Shown here piece after piece: positions 1 to 10,763 of a stretch of DNA of 64,000 bases (position 1 is the first letter of the stretch; every line of letters starts with the position of its first letter). The position numbers and the translations under genes were made by a program. The notes under the pieces are model-generated. The model did not search any database. It worked only from the letters and a program-made list of their open reading frames with translations, and was not told the origin of the DNA. Source of the stretch: an uncultured Candidatus Rokubacteria bacterium. Its GTDB lineage: Bacteria; Methylomirabilota; Methylomirabilia; Rokubacteriales; CSP1-6. The stretch lies in contig CAVYTA010000006.1 in the NCBI GenBank assembly GCA_963771355.1, positions 2,080,001-2,144,000 on the forward strand, written 5' to 3'.

Positions 1-576
1 CAGCGGGCCTTCCTGGAGCCGGGGGAGGCGATGGAGGTCCCGCCCGCGCGCGAGGTGGTGCCACGCATCCAGGCGCTGCTGACGGCCTTCCGCGCCCGGC
101 GGCTTCCCGTCGTGTTTACCGAGTTCCTCTACACGGAAGCCGCGCCGCTCCTGGTGGGTGAGCTTCACCCCGAGCATCGTCGCGCGGCGCCCGGCGCGGC
201 GCGCGGCTTCGGCCGGCCGTCCTCGTCATGTCTGGCCGGGGAGCTCAATGTCGCCACGGTCGCCGAGCTGGCCCCACACCCCGACGAGCTGGTCGTGCAA
301 AAACCCTACTACGACGCTTTCCATGGCACCGTGCTGGACGGCGCGCTACGCGCGCGCGGGGTCACCCACCTGGTGATCACCGGCACCCTGACCGACATCT
401 GCGTGCTCGCCACCGTCGTCGGCGGCTTCAACCGCGAGTACCGGATCACCGTGGTCGAGGACGGCGTGGCCACGCTGTGGCCGGAGATCCAGCGGGCCAC
501 CCTGGACATCATCGGGCGCGCCTACGGGCGCGTGCAACCGGCCAAGACGGTCGTCGACGAGATCTCGAACCTCTAG
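1..576 (+). CDS. Isochorismatase/cysteine hydrolase family protein (5' end outside the window)
   Basis: Frame is open from base 1 (QRAFLEPGEAM...). Contains KPYYDAF and GTLTDICV (catalytic Lys/Cys region) and VVEDG, typical of the family. Confidence 0.85.
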   Translation, partial: QRAFLEPGEAMEVPPAREVVPRIQALLTAFRARRLPVVFTEFLYTEAAPLLVGELHPEHRRAAPGAARGFGRPSSSCLAGELNVATVAELAPHPDELVVQKPYYDAFHGTVLDGALRARGVTHLVITGTLTDICVLATVVGGFNREYRITVVEDGVATLWPEIQRATLDIIGRAYGRVQPAKTVVDEISNL

Positions 577-597
577 CTTCGCCGCGAGGACCCGGCC

Positions 598-1542
598 ATG
601 GCCACCGAGCTCCGCTTCCAAGGCTGCATCCCGGCCAACCTCCTGCCCTTCACCCGCGACCTCGAGATCGACGAGCCCGCCTACCGTGCCCACCTGCGCT
701 GGCTCGCCGATGCTCCCGGGGTCACCGGCATCGTGGCCAATGGCCATGCCGCCGAGGTGTCCTCGCTCACGCGCGAGGAGCGGAAGCGCGCGCTGGCCAT
801 CGGGCTGGACGAGGTCGCCGGCAAGGTGCCGGTGATCGCGGGCGTCTACTCGGACGGCACGCGCGAGGCGGTGGAGCTGGCGCGCGACGCACGGACAGCG
901 GGCGCGGCGGGACTCCTCGTCTTTCCACCCACGCTCTTCATGTGGGGGGCCCAGGTCAAGCCGGACATGGTCCTCCGTCACTTCTCGGAGCTGGCCGACG
1001 GCGTCGATCTCCCGCTCATCGTCTTCGAGTACCCGCCCGCCTCGGGGATCGGCTATAGCCCGGAGACGCTGGCCGCGCTCTGCAAGATCCCCACCGTGGT
1101 GGGGGTCAAGGACTGGTCGAACGACATCGTGGCCTACGAGAAGAACCTGCGCGCGCTGCGCGCCTCCGGCCGGCCAGTGGCCATGCTCTCCTCCTTCACC
1201 GTGTCGCTCATGGCCAGCTTCGCGCTCGGAGCCGACGGCTGCATCTCGGGCATGGGCAGCGTGGCCGCCGACCTCCAAGCCGCCCTCTTCGCCGCCGTCA
1301 AGGCCGGGCGCCTGGAAGAGGCACGCGCGCTCAACGATCGTCTCGCCCCGCTGGTCTCCGTCTTCTACGCGCCGCCCTTCGTGGACATGCACAACCGGAT
1401 GAAGGAGGCGCTCGCCCTGCTCGGGCGCATTCCCGCCGCGCACGTGCGGCCGCCGCTGACGCCGGTGTCGGAGGACGAGCGGGATCGGATCCGGCTGGCG
1501 CTGCGGGAGGCCCGCCTCACCCGCGAGGGCGCCGCGCGGTGA
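598..1542 (+). CDS. DapA/NanA-family class I aldolase (not canonical DapA)
   Basis: TIM-barrel aldolase pattern with Schiff-base Lys in GVKDWS and Tyr in FEYP. The canonical GTTGE motif reads GHAAE. RBS-like GAGGA upstream. Confidence 0.85.
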   Translation: MATELRFQGCIPANLLPFTRDLEIDEPAYRAHLRWLADAPGVTGIVANGHAAEVSSLTREERKRALAIGLDEVAGKVPVIAGVYSDGTREAVELARDARTAGAAGLLVFPPTLFMWGAQVKPDMVLRHFSELADGVDLPLIVFEYPPASGIGYSPETLAALCKIPTVVGVKDWSNDIVAYEKNLRALRASGRPVAMLSSFTVSLMASFALGADGCISGMGSVAADLQAALFAAVKAGRLEEARALNDRLAPLVSVFYAPPFVDMHNRMKEALALLGRIPAAHVRPPLTPVSEDERDRIRLALREARLTREGAAR

Positions 1543-2054
1543 CGCCGGCCGAGCGGAAGACGGCCATCCGCCGCTACGCGGCCGGTCCGGCGCGTCTCCG
1601 CGCCGCGCTGCGCCGCGTCCCGCGGCCGGCCTTGCACTGGCGGCCGGCGCCGGGCGAGTGGTCCGCGCACGAGGTGGTCCACCACTGCGCCGACAGCGAG
1701 AGCAACGCACACATCCGGCTGCGCTACGTGCTCGCCGAGAAGGATCCGCTCATCGTGGGCTATGACCAGGCGGAATGGGCGCGCGCCCTGGAGTATGCGC
1801 GGCGGCCGCTCGCTCCCGCGCTGGCCACCGTGGTGGCGGTGCGCGCCAATACCGTGCCGCTTCTCCGCGCGCTGCCCGAGGCGGCCTGGAGCCGGAGCGG
1901 GCGGCACACCGAGATGGGCACGTACACGGTGGAGGGCTGGCTCGGCCTCTACGCCGAGCACGTCGAGGTCCATGCCCGTCAGATCGAGGCGAACCTGGCC
2001 GCGTGGCGCAAGCAGCGGGGCGGGCGGAAGCGAAAGGCTAGAAGTCGACGGTAA
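1539..2054 (+). CDS. DinB/YfiT-like metal-dependent protein
   Basis: WSAHEVVHHCADSE, YDQAEWA and C-terminal HVEVH. GTGA overlap with the upstream gene. Confidence 0.8.
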   Translation: MTPAERKTAIRRYAAGPARLRAALRRVPRPALHWRPAPGEWSAHEVVHHCADSESNAHIRLRYVLAEKDPLIVGYDQAEWARALEYARRPLAPALATVVAVRANTVPLLRALPEAAWSRSGRHTEMGTYTVEGWLGLYAEHVEVHARQIEANLAAWRKQRGGRKRKARSRR

Positions 2055-2260
2055 CGAGGACGGAGGCCCCGTCGGCCGACGGGACCTCCCTCACGAGGGT
2101 CATGAGCAGAGGGGACCGCCCCGGCCGGCCCGTCTCGGATGACCTGGCGCTGCGCCCCCTGTCGATCCTCCCCGGACTGACACTGCCCTCACCAGGTGCC
2201 CGGGAAGTGAGGGGCTTCTGAAGCCGGCTGGATAGGGAACTTCCGCGGGGAGGGAGTGTG

Positions 2261-2289
2261 TTGCAAGGGAGAAGCGCTTAGGGTATAAG
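2261..2289 (+). promoter_or_regulatory. Sigma70-type promoter for the aminotransferase/ABC operon
   Basis: TTGCAA-17 nt-TATAAG, 32 nt upstream of the ATG at 2322. Confidence 0.65.
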
Positions 2290-2321
2290 GGTCCAACATT
2301 TTCGGCACTTCAAGGGGATCG

Positions 2322-3632
2322 ATGGCCGTCTCCGCAGGTCGAAGTCAGCAGGAGCAAGCACTCCTCGACAAAGCCGGCCGTCTTCTGCCCGGCGGGGTTC
2401 TGGGCGGTTACTCGGCTCCCGCCGAGCTCAGCTTCGTAGTGCGGGAAGCGCGCGGGGCTCGCCTGACCGACGTGTCCGGCCGTGAGTATGTCGACTATAT
2501 CCTCGGGAGCGGCCCGCTCGTGCTCGGCCACGCGCACCCGGCGGTGGTATCGGCGGTGGAGCGCCAGCTCGGAAAGGGCACCACCTACTTTCAGCTCAGC
2601 GAGCCCACCCTCGAGCTCGCCGAGGAGATCTGTCGCGCCGTGCCCTGCGCGGAGCAAATCCGGTTCACGTCGACGGGGAGCGAGGCCACGTTCTTCGCGC
2701 TCCGGGTGGCGCGCGCGTTCCGTCAGCGGGAGAAGATCCTGAAATTCGAGGGCGGCTTCCACGGCACCCACGACTATTCCCTGATGAGCGTGGGACCGAA
2801 GTCACCCAAGGCCTTCCCCGCCCCCACGCCGGACTCTGCCGGCATTCCGCACGCGATCCAGGAGCATGTGCTGATCGCGCCCTTCAATGACCTCGCCGAG
2901 ACCGAGGCCATTCTGGCCGCCCACCACGCGGACCTGGCCGCCGTCATCATGGAGCCCTTTCAGCGCCTGGTGCCACCGGAGCCGGGGTTCCTCAAGGGCG
3001 TGCGGGAGATCACGAAGCGCTTCGGCGTGCCGCTGATCTTCGACGAGATCGTGACCGGCTTCCGCTTCGCGTACGGCGGCGCCCAGGAATACTACGGCGT
3101 CGTCCCCGACCTCGCGGCCATTGGCAAGATCGTGGGCGGCGGCTTTCCCCTCGCGGCGGTGGTGGGGCGGGGCGAGATCATGCGCCACCTCGCCCCTGAG
3201 CTGGAAGGCACGCCGGAGTTCGTGGCGCAGGCGGGCACGCTCAACGGTAATCCGGTGGCGGCGGTGGCCGGGTTGGCCACACTGACGGAGCTGCGCCGGC
3301 CCGGCACCTACGAGCGCCTCTTCACGACGGGCACGCGCATCAAGACCGCGCTCCAGGCCGCCGCGGACTCGGCGGGGCTCGCCGCCCACGTGGCCGGCGA
3401 GGCCCCGGTATTCGAGATCTACTTCACCGATCGGCCGATCACGGACTACCGCGCCACCCTCACCGCGGACCGGGCGCGTCACCGAGCCTTCACCGACGAG
3501 CTGATCCGGCGCGGCGTCGTCAAGGCGGCACAGAAATTCTACGTCTCCCTCGCCCATGGCGAGGACGAGATCCGTCACACCGTCGAGGCCTTTACCCTGG
3601 CGCTCCGGACCGTCGCCGACCGGCGGCCCTGA
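2322..3632 (+). CDS. Class III PLP aminotransferase (glutamate-1-semialdehyde aminomutase-like paralogue)
   Basis: FEGGFHG, FDEIVTGFR, PLP Lys in GKIVGGG, and AGTLNGNP. Confidence 0.85.
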   Translation: MAVSAGRSQQEQALLDKAGRLLPGGVLGGYSAPAELSFVVREARGARLTDVSGREYVDYILGSGPLVLGHAHPAVVSAVERQLGKGTTYFQLSEPTLELAEEICRAVPCAEQIRFTSTGSEATFFALRVARAFRQREKILKFEGGFHGTHDYSLMSVGPKSPKAFPAPTPDSAGIPHAIQEHVLIAPFNDLAETEAILAAHHADLAAVIMEPFQRLVPPEPGFLKGVREITKRFGVPLIFDEIVTGFRFAYGGAQEYYGVVPDLAAIGKIVGGGFPLAAVVGRGEIMRHLAPELEGTPEFVAQAGTLNGNPVAAVAGLATLTELRRPGTYERLFTTGTRIKTALQAAADSAGLAAHVAGEAPVFEIYFTDRPITDYRATLTADRARHRAFTDELIRRGVVKAAQKFYVSLAHGEDEIRHTVEAFTLALRTVADRRP

Positions 3633-3691
3633 GTCGTCCGAATCCCACCGGCCTCCCCGCCCGGGAGCGCCGACACCCGAAGGAGACAACG

Positions 3692-5002
3692 ATGAGCGAG
3701 CGCTGGCAGGACGAGAGCTGGGCGAGAACCGAAGAGTTCTGGTACAGCGGCAAGGTGACCCGGCGTAGCCTCATCGGGATGGGCGCCGCCGCCGCCGGCG
3801 CGCTGGGCGCGTCCATGCTGATGCCCGCGCCGTGGCGGGCGGCCTTCGGCCAGGCCAAGGCCTTCAAGCTCGGCACGCTGCAACCCCTGTCCGGCGTCGC
3901 CGCCGCCGGCGGCAAAACCGCGCTGGTGGGCGTGCAGATGGCGGTGGACCGCATCAACAAGTCGGGCGGGATCAGCGGCCGGCCCGTCGAGCTCATCATC
4001 GCCGACTACGAGTCGAAGCCGGACGTGGGGCGCCGCAAGGCGGAGAAGCTGGTGGTGGACGACCAGATCGACGTCCACGCGGGCGGCTACCTCTCCAACG
4101 TCTGCCTGGCCTGCATGCCCGTCTACGAGGAGCACAAGCTCGTCAACATGATCACGGTGTGCCTCGACACCACCATCACCCAGAGCAAGTGCAGCCGCTA
4201 CACCTTCCGGCCCTTCGACTTCGCCCCCGCGCAGGCGGTGGCGGCGGCGCCCTACATGGTGAACAAGATGGGCAAGAAGTGGCACATCGCCTTCGCGGAC
4301 TACGCGTGGGGCCAGTCCACCAAGGACGCCTTCGTCGCCGAGATCAAGAAGAACGGCGGCGAGGTGGTGGGGACCACCGGCATCCCGCTCGGCACCGCCG
4401 ACATGACGTCCTTCCTGTCCAAGATCAGCGGGAGCTTCGACGGGCTCTTCGGCATCTTCTTCGGGCCCCAGGGCATCGCCTTCGTCAACCAGAGCTTCGA
4501 CCTGGGGCTGACCAAGAAGTACAAGCTGGCGGGGGACGGCGCCATCGTGGTGTCGGTCAGCCTCCCCGCCATGGGGGCCAAGGCCGAGGGCTTCGTCGGC
4601 ATCGACCGCTATATCCCGCTGCTGGAAGGCGTGCTGAACACGCCGCATCACAAGCGTTTCCTGGACGACTCCACCGCCCGGCTCAAGGCCATCGACCCCA
4701 CCGGGCCGCTCCCGGACCGGTACGTGCAGTCGAACTACGAAGGCGTCAACGCGCTCAAGGTCGGCATGCAGAAGTCGGGCTTTCGCGGTCGGGAGGACTC
4801 GATGAAGCTCATCGAGGCCCTCGAGGGGCTGGAGATGAAGGAAGGGGACGACTTCCCCCAGGGCGATAAGCTCTTGAGGAAAGAGGATCACCAGGCCTTC
4901 CTCCGCGAGTTCGTATTCGAGATCCGCGGCGGCAAGTACAAGATCCTCGACGTCGTCGCGAAGGAAAAGACCATCGTCCCGGTCGCCTGCAAGTTCGCCT
5001 AG
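3692..5002 (+). CDS. ABC transporter substrate-binding protein (Liv/HAAT type), twin-arginine signal
   Basis: TRRSLI followed by a hydrophobic stretch; PLSG, INKSGGISGRPVEL and DYAWG. Strong RBS AAGGAGA. Confidence 0.88.
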   Translation: MSERWQDESWARTEEFWYSGKVTRRSLIGMGAAAAGALGASMLMPAPWRAAFGQAKAFKLGTLQPLSGVAAAGGKTALVGVQMAVDRINKSGGISGRPVELIIADYESKPDVGRRKAEKLVVDDQIDVHAGGYLSNVCLACMPVYEEHKLVNMITVCLDTTITQSKCSRYTFRPFDFAPAQAVAAAPYMVNKMGKKWHIAFADYAWGQSTKDAFVAEIKKNGGEVVGTTGIPLGTADMTSFLSKISGSFDGLFGIFFGPQGIAFVNQSFDLGLTKKYKLAGDGAIVVSVSLPAMGAKAEGFVGIDRYIPLLEGVLNTPHHKRFLDDSTARLKAIDPTGPLPDRYVQSNYEGVNALKVGMQKSGFRGREDSMKLIEALEGLEMKEGDDFPQGDKLLRKEDHQAFLREFVFEIRGGKYKILDVVAKEKTIVPVACKFA

Positions 5003-5798
5003 TGGCGGCAGACCGGCATTCTGAGAGCGCACCCCCGGCCGGCAACGGCCGGGGGTCTTCCTCGACTTCCCTCCTCCGCACCGAAGGGCTCACCATGCGC
5101 TTCGGCGGCCTCGTGGCCGTCAACAACGTGAGCATCTCGGTGCCGCGGGGACAGATCCGCGCCATCATCGGGCCCAACGGCGCGGGGAAGAGCACCTTCT
5201 TCAACTGCATCACCGGCGTGCTGCATCCGAGCGCGGGACGCATTCTCCTCGACGGCAGCGACGTGGCGGGGCTGCCGCCCAACCTCATCTCGCGCCGGGG
5301 CATCGCCCGCTCGTATCAGATCACCAATATCCTCCCCGGCGCCACCGTGCTGGAGAACGTGCGCATCGCCGCCCAGTCGCGCAAGCACGGCTGGAGCTTG
5401 CTGCGCCACCACCGCGCCTTCACCGACCTGATCGAGCGGTCCCGCGCCGTGCTGCACGACGTCGGCCTCGAGGGCAGGGAGGAGGAGCTCGCGGCGAATC
5501 TCTCCCACGGGGACCAGCGGACGCTGGAGATCGCGATCGCGCTCGCCACCGAGCCCGTGCTCCTGTGTCTGGACGAGCCCACCGCCGGCATGAGCGTGGC
5601 CGAGACCGAGGCCACCGTGGAGCTGGTACGTCGGATCGCCCACGACCTCACCATCGTGATCGTGGAGCACGACATGGAGGTGGTGATGGGGCTGGCCGGC
5701 GTCATCACCGTGCTCCACTACGGCGAGGTGCTCGCCGAGGGCACCCCCGCCGAGATCCAGGCCAACCCCCGCGTGCAAGAGGTCTACTTGAAGAGCTG

Positions 5799-5799
<1 letters not shown>
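5002..5799 (+). CDS. Liv-type ABC ATP-binding protein (LivG-like)
   Basis: Walker A GPNGAGKST, LSHGDQR and LDEPTAG. Confidence 0.9.
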
Positions 5800-6509
<710 letters not shown>

Positions 6510-6512
6510 ACA

Positions 6513-7385
6513 GTGGCCATCCCCCTCGACCAGATCCTCATCCAGACCGTCACCGGGCTCGTGAACGGGATGATCCTGGCGCTGGTGGCGTCCGGCCTCA
6601 CCCTCATCTTCGGGATCATGGATGTGGTCAACTTCGCCCACGGCGACCTCGTGATGCTGGGCGCCTTCGTGGGTGCGACCGCGGTGGCCAGCACCGGAAG
6701 CTTCTGGCTGGGTCTGCTCATCGCCGCGGTGACCATCGCGGTGTTCGGGGCCGCGCTCCAGATGACGACGCTCCGGCCGCTAATCGGGCGAGACCCGCTC
6801 ACCACCATTCTCGCCACCTTCGGGATCTCGCTGGTCTTGCAGAAGTACGCCATCTGGCAGTGGGGGCCGTCGGCGCGGCAGATCCTCGAGCCGATCTCGG
6901 GCCAGTTCCAGCTCTTCTATCTCCAGTATCCCTGGTACCGCATCCTCACCGCCGTGCTCTCCGCCGCCATCATCGGCGCGCTCTATCTCTTCCTGAAGTT
7001 CGGGAAGTACGGGATCTGGATTCGGGCCACCACCCAGGATCGCGTGATGGCGGCGGCCATGGGCATTCCGGTGCCCCTCGTGCACACCACCGTGTTCGCG
7101 ATCGGGGCCGCCATGGCGGCGGCCAGCGGGGTGCTCTTCGGGCCCCTCGGCGGCGTCACCCAGAACATGGGCTTCGACTTCACGCTGCGCGCCTTCATCG
7201 TGGTGGTGGTGGGCGGCATGGGCAATCTCGGCGGCTCCATCCTCGCCGCCATCTTCATCAGCCTGCTGGAGGCTTATGCCTCGCTCGTGGTGTCTCCCGC
7301 CCAGGCCGTCATCGTCTCCTTCGTGGCCCTGATCCTCACCCTGCTCTTCCGCCCCACCGGACTCTTCGTGCCCACGCCAAAATGA
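6513..7385 (+). CDS. Liv-type ABC permease (LivH-like)
   Basis: GLTLIFGIMDVVNFAHG and VVVVGGMG; polytopic hydrophobic protein. Confidence 0.9.
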   Translation: MAIPLDQILIQTVTGLVNGMILALVASGLTLIFGIMDVVNFAHGDLVMLGAFVGATAVASTGSFWLGLLIAAVTIAVFGAALQMTTLRPLIGRDPLTTILATFGISLVLQKYAIWQWGPSARQILEPISGQFQLFYLQYPWYRILTAVLSAAIIGALYLFLKFGKYGIWIRATTQDRVMAAAMGIPVPLVHTTVFAIGAAMAAASGVLFGPLGGVTQNMGFDFTLRAFIVVVVGGMGNLGGSILAAIFISLLEAYASLVVSPAQAVIVSFVALILTLLFRPTGLFVPTPK

Positions 7386-8338
7386 GCGCGCCGCGCCGGG
7401 ACTACGCCTACTGGACTGGCTTCGTGATGGTGGTCGGCCTCCTGTGGGCGGCCCCTCTGGTGCTGCCCCCGTTCTGGGGCCGGTTCGCCACCGAGATCCT
7501 CATCTGGGGGCTCCTGGCCATGTCCTCGGACATCCTCATCGGCTATACGGGGATGGTCTCCTTCGGGCACTCGGTCTTCTTCGGCCTGGGGATGTACGGA
7601 GCCGCCGCCGCGCTGCTGACCGTGAAGCCGCCCAATCTCTGGGTGACGCTCGTCTACGGGCTGGTCGGCGCCGCGGTGGTGGCGGCCTTCGTGGCCTATT
7701 TCGCCACGCGGCTGCGCGAGATCTACTTCTCCATCACCACCCTTGTCTTCTCCCAGATCTTCTACGTCATCATCTTCACCTGGACCGAGGTCACCGGCGG
7801 GGAGAACGGGCTCACCTTCAGCCAGCCGCCGCTCTCCTTCCTCGGGCTGTACTCGGCGCGGTTCACGTCCACCACGCTGCACTGGTTCGTGCTGGCGGTG
7901 GTGGCGATCTCCTTCCTGCTCCTGCGCCGTATCACCCAGTCTCCCTTCGGCAAGGTGCTCCAGTCGATCCGGGAGAACGAGCCGCGCACGCGCGCCATCG
8001 GCTACTCCGTCGAGCGCTACAAGATCGTGGCGGTGATGCTCTCCGGGCTCTTCGCGGGGCTCTCCGGCATCCTCTACGCGCTCCAGAACAAGTTCGCCGC
8101 CCCCGACTTCGTCTTCTTCGTCATCTCCGGCGAGGTGGTGATCTTCAACGTGATGGGCGGCATGGGCACGCTGGTGGGCCCCGTGGCCGGCGCGGCCTTC
8201 TTCTTCCTCCTCCGCGAGGGCCTCTCGCGCTACTTCACCGAGTACTACCTCATCCCGGTCGGCATCATCTTCACCGCCATGGTGATCTTCATGCCGCAGG
8301 GCATCCTCGGCTTCCTCCGGCGCCGGCTGAACGCCTAG
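7382..8338 (+). CDS. Liv-type ABC permease (LivM-like)
   Basis: Start at ATG 7382. GYTGMVSFGH, TGGENG, IRENE and MGGMGTLVGP. Confidence 0.9.
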   Translation: MSAPRRDYAYWTGFVMVVGLLWAAPLVLPPFWGRFATEILIWGLLAMSSDILIGYTGMVSFGHSVFFGLGMYGAAAALLTVKPPNLWVTLVYGLVGAAVVAAFVAYFATRLREIYFSITTLVFSQIFYVIIFTWTEVTGGENGLTFSQPPLSFLGLYSARFTSTTLHWFVLAVVAISFLLLRRITQSPFGKVLQSIRENEPRTRAIGYSVERYKIVAVMLSGLFAGLSGILYALQNKFAAPDFVFFVISGEVVIFNVMGGMGTLVGPVAGAAFFFLLREGLSRYFTEYYLIPVGIIFTAMVIFMPQGILGFLRRRLNA

Positions 8339-8378
8339 CGCCCCTCCGGGGCCCGCGCGCTGTATCGGTTTCGGGACG

Positions 8379-8407
8379 TTGACGGCGAGCCGGCCGCCGC
8401 CAACACT
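8379..8407 (+). promoter_or_regulatory. Possible sigma70 promoter directly upstream of the comM start codon
   Basis: TTGACG-17 nt-AACACT, then 7 nt to the ATG at 8415; no SD sequence. Confidence 0.4.
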
Positions 8408-8414
8408 CGACGCT

Positions 8415-9932
8415 ATGCTCGCGCGCATCCGCTCCGCCGGTATCCATGGCATCCAGGCCCGGAGCGTCTGGGTGGAGGTCGACGTCACCAGCGGGCTGCC
8501 CAGCTTCTCGACGGTCGGGCTTCCCGACTCCACCGTCCGCGAGAGCCGCGACCGGATCCGCGCCGCCATCCGCAATTCGGGCTTCGAGTTCCCCATGGAG
8601 CGGATCACGGTGAGCCTGGCGCCGGCCGACTTCAGGAAGGAAGGCGCGGCCTTCGATCTCCCGATGGCGCTGGGCATCCTCGCCGCCACCGGCCTCGTGA
8701 AGCCCTCGCTGCTGGAGCGCTGCGCCGTGCTGGGCGAGCTCGCCCTGGACGGCAGTGTCCGCTCGGTGCGCGGCGCCCTGCCGGTGGCCCTCCATTGCCG
8801 GGACGCGGCCGTCCCCTGGCTCTTGCTGCCCGCCGGCAATGCCGCCGAGGCCGCCGCGGTGATGGGCGTGGACGCGGTGGCGCTCACCTCTCTTCACGAG
8901 GCGGTCGAGTATCTCAATGGGGAGCGCCCGCTCCTCCCTTTCGTGCGCGAGCCGCTCTCCACTGGCGAGCCCACGGCGGCGGGCGCGGACTTCTCGGAGG
9001 TGCGCGGGCAGGCGCATGCCAAGCGCGCCCTCGAGATCGCCGCCGCCGGCGCCCATAACGTGCTGATGGTCGGGCCCCCCGGCGCAGGCAAGACCATGCT
9101 GGCTCGGCGACTGGCCACCATCCTCCCTCCGCTGACCCTGGACGAGGCGATCGAGGTCTCGGCGATCTGGAGCGTGGCGGGCCTACTCTCCGCCGGTCAG
9201 GGCCTCGTCACCGTCCGGCCGTTCCGAGCGCCGCATCACACCGTGTCGGAGTCCGGTCTCATCGGCGGCGGCAGCGTGCCTCATCCGGGCGAGGTGAGCC
9301 TGGGGCATCTCGGCGTTGTCTTCCTCGACGAGCTGCCCGAGTTCACCCGCCGCGCGCTGGAATCGCTACGCCAGCCGCTCGAGGAAGGCACCGTCGCCGT
9401 CGCCCGCGCCGCCGGCACCGCTGTCTTTCCCGCACGCTTTCAGCTCGTCGCCGCCGCCAATCCCTGCCGGCGCGCCTGCCGCTCCCTCGAACGCTGTGTT
9501 TGCACGGAGGGGGAACGGCGCCAGTATCTCGGCCGGCTATCGGGCCCCCTGCTCGACCGCATCGACCTGCATCTCGAGCTTCCCGCGGTGGGCGTCACCG
9601 AGCTCACGTCGGAGATTTTCGAGGAACCGTCCACCGTCATCCGGGCCCGTGTGATGGCCGCCCGCGCCCGGCAAACCGCGCGCTTCCACGAGACGAATAT
9701 CCGCGTCAATGCCGGGATGCCGGGCCGGGCCACGCGCCGCTGGTGCGCACCCCCACCCGACGCCGCGCGGCTCCTCGCCCGCGCGGTGAGCCGGCTCGGG
9801 CTCTCCGCACGCGCCTATCACCGCGTCCTCAAGGTTGCCCGCACCATCGCGGATCTCGCGGGCGCAGACGGTATCACCGTCGAGCATGTGTCGGAGGCCG
9901 TCCAGTACCGCACCCTGGACCGTACGGAGTGA
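8415..9932 (+). CDS. comM: ComM/YifB Mg-chelatase-like AAA+ ATPase
   Basis: VGLPDSTVRESRDR, GPPGAGKTML, PFRAPHH, FLDELPEF, LRQPLE and LSARAYHRVLKVARTIADL. Confidence 0.92.
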   Translation: MLARIRSAGIHGIQARSVWVEVDVTSGLPSFSTVGLPDSTVRESRDRIRAAIRNSGFEFPMERITVSLAPADFRKEGAAFDLPMALGILAATGLVKPSLLERCAVLGELALDGSVRSVRGALPVALHCRDAAVPWLLLPAGNAAEAAAVMGVDAVALTSLHEAVEYLNGERPLLPFVREPLSTGEPTAAGADFSEVRGQAHAKRALEIAAAGAHNVLMVGPPGAGKTMLARRLATILPPLTLDEAIEVSAIWSVAGLLSAGQGLVTVRPFRAPHHTVSESGLIGGGSVPHPGEVSLGHLGVVFLDELPEFTRRALESLRQPLEEGTVAVARAAGTAVFPARFQLVAAANPCRRACRSLERCVCTEGERRQYLGRLSGPLLDRIDLHLELPAVGVTELTSEIFEEPSTVIRARVMAARARQTARFHETNIRVNAGMPGRATRRWCAPPPDAARLLARAVSRLGLSARAYHRVLKVARTIADLAGADGITVEHVSEAVQYRTLDRTE

Positions 9933-9981
9933 AGCTAGCTGAGTGTGCCGCGGAACTGGAAAGAGTCGGGGCGAGCGGAGG

Positions 9982-10662
9982 CTAGCGGAGGCGAATGCGG
10001 CCGGCGGGCGGGACGTTGGTGTAGGTGACACTACCCCGGCCGTCTTCGTAGCGGAATATCGGCTGGGATACGCCCACCCCACCACCCCCGTGGATCTGTA
10101 AGATCTTCCGCACGTAGTCCTGGGTTTCTGGATACGGCGGGATGCCGCGATACGTATCCACCGCGCCGGCGCCCGCATTGTACGCGGCCAGCGCCAGTGG
10201 GAGATTGCCGGGATAGCGATCGACGAGATAGCGCAGATGCCGGACGCCGCCCTCGATGTTCTGCCGCGGATCGAAGGCATTGCGCACGCCAAGGGAGGAA
10301 GCCGTCTGCGGCATCAGCTGCATGAGCCCCTGGGCACCCTTGCGCGAGACGGCGGAAGCATTGAAGGCAGACTCGACGCGAATGACGGACTCGACCAGGC
10401 TGGGGCTCAGACCATGGCGGCCCGCGATCTCCTTGATCTCGTCCTGGTATCTCGCCTGGGTGACCGGCGGTAAGCGGAGCCAGCCGGTATTGGTTCCCGT
10501 CGTCCCGGGCATTTGCCGGTAGCGGGGGTCGGTCGGCGCATTGGTGAAGTGCGTCACGCCTTCGCCGTCGGTGAGGCGATACGAGGAAGCATGGCCATCC
10601 ACTATTGGGAGGCCCGTCGTGGTCAAAAGGAAGAAACTACCGAGAAGAAGGTTTCTGGACAC
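9982..10662 (-). CDS. Exported lytic transglycosylase (SLT domain) with DUF4124-like segments
   Basis: Signal peptide; VES, AVSRKGAQGLMQLMP, AAYNAG and PPYPETQDYV. Confidence 0.9.
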   Translation of the reverse strand: MSRNLLLGSFFLLTTTGLPIVDGHASSYRLTDGEGVTHFTNAPTDPRYRQMPGTTGTNTGWLRLPPVTQARYQDEIKEIAGRHGLSPSLVESVIRVESAFNASAVSRKGAQGLMQLMPQTASSLGVRNAFDPRQNIEGGVRHLRYLVDRYPGNLPLALAAYNAGAGAVDTYRGIPPYPETQDYVRKILQIHGGGGVGVSQPIFRYEDGRGSVTYTNVPPAGRIRLR

Positions 10663-10763
10663 GATAGGTCAAGCATAAGCTAGCCGCCAAGACGGAGGCA
10701 AGAGTGAACTAAAACGCCTGTCCCGACTGGGGCTTATCCCCCAGTCGGGAAGTAATTTTCCCA

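Noticed and set aside
2098..2145. SAM-I riboswitch-like GAGGGGACCGCCCC segment
   Set aside because: It lacks the AUC-AGAG start and GCAACC/GUGC core, and lies upstream of the predicted promoter.
2322..3632. Naming this gene hemL, and 598-1542 dapA
   Set aside because: Diagnostic motifs deviate and the context is transport/catabolic, so only family-level calls are supported.
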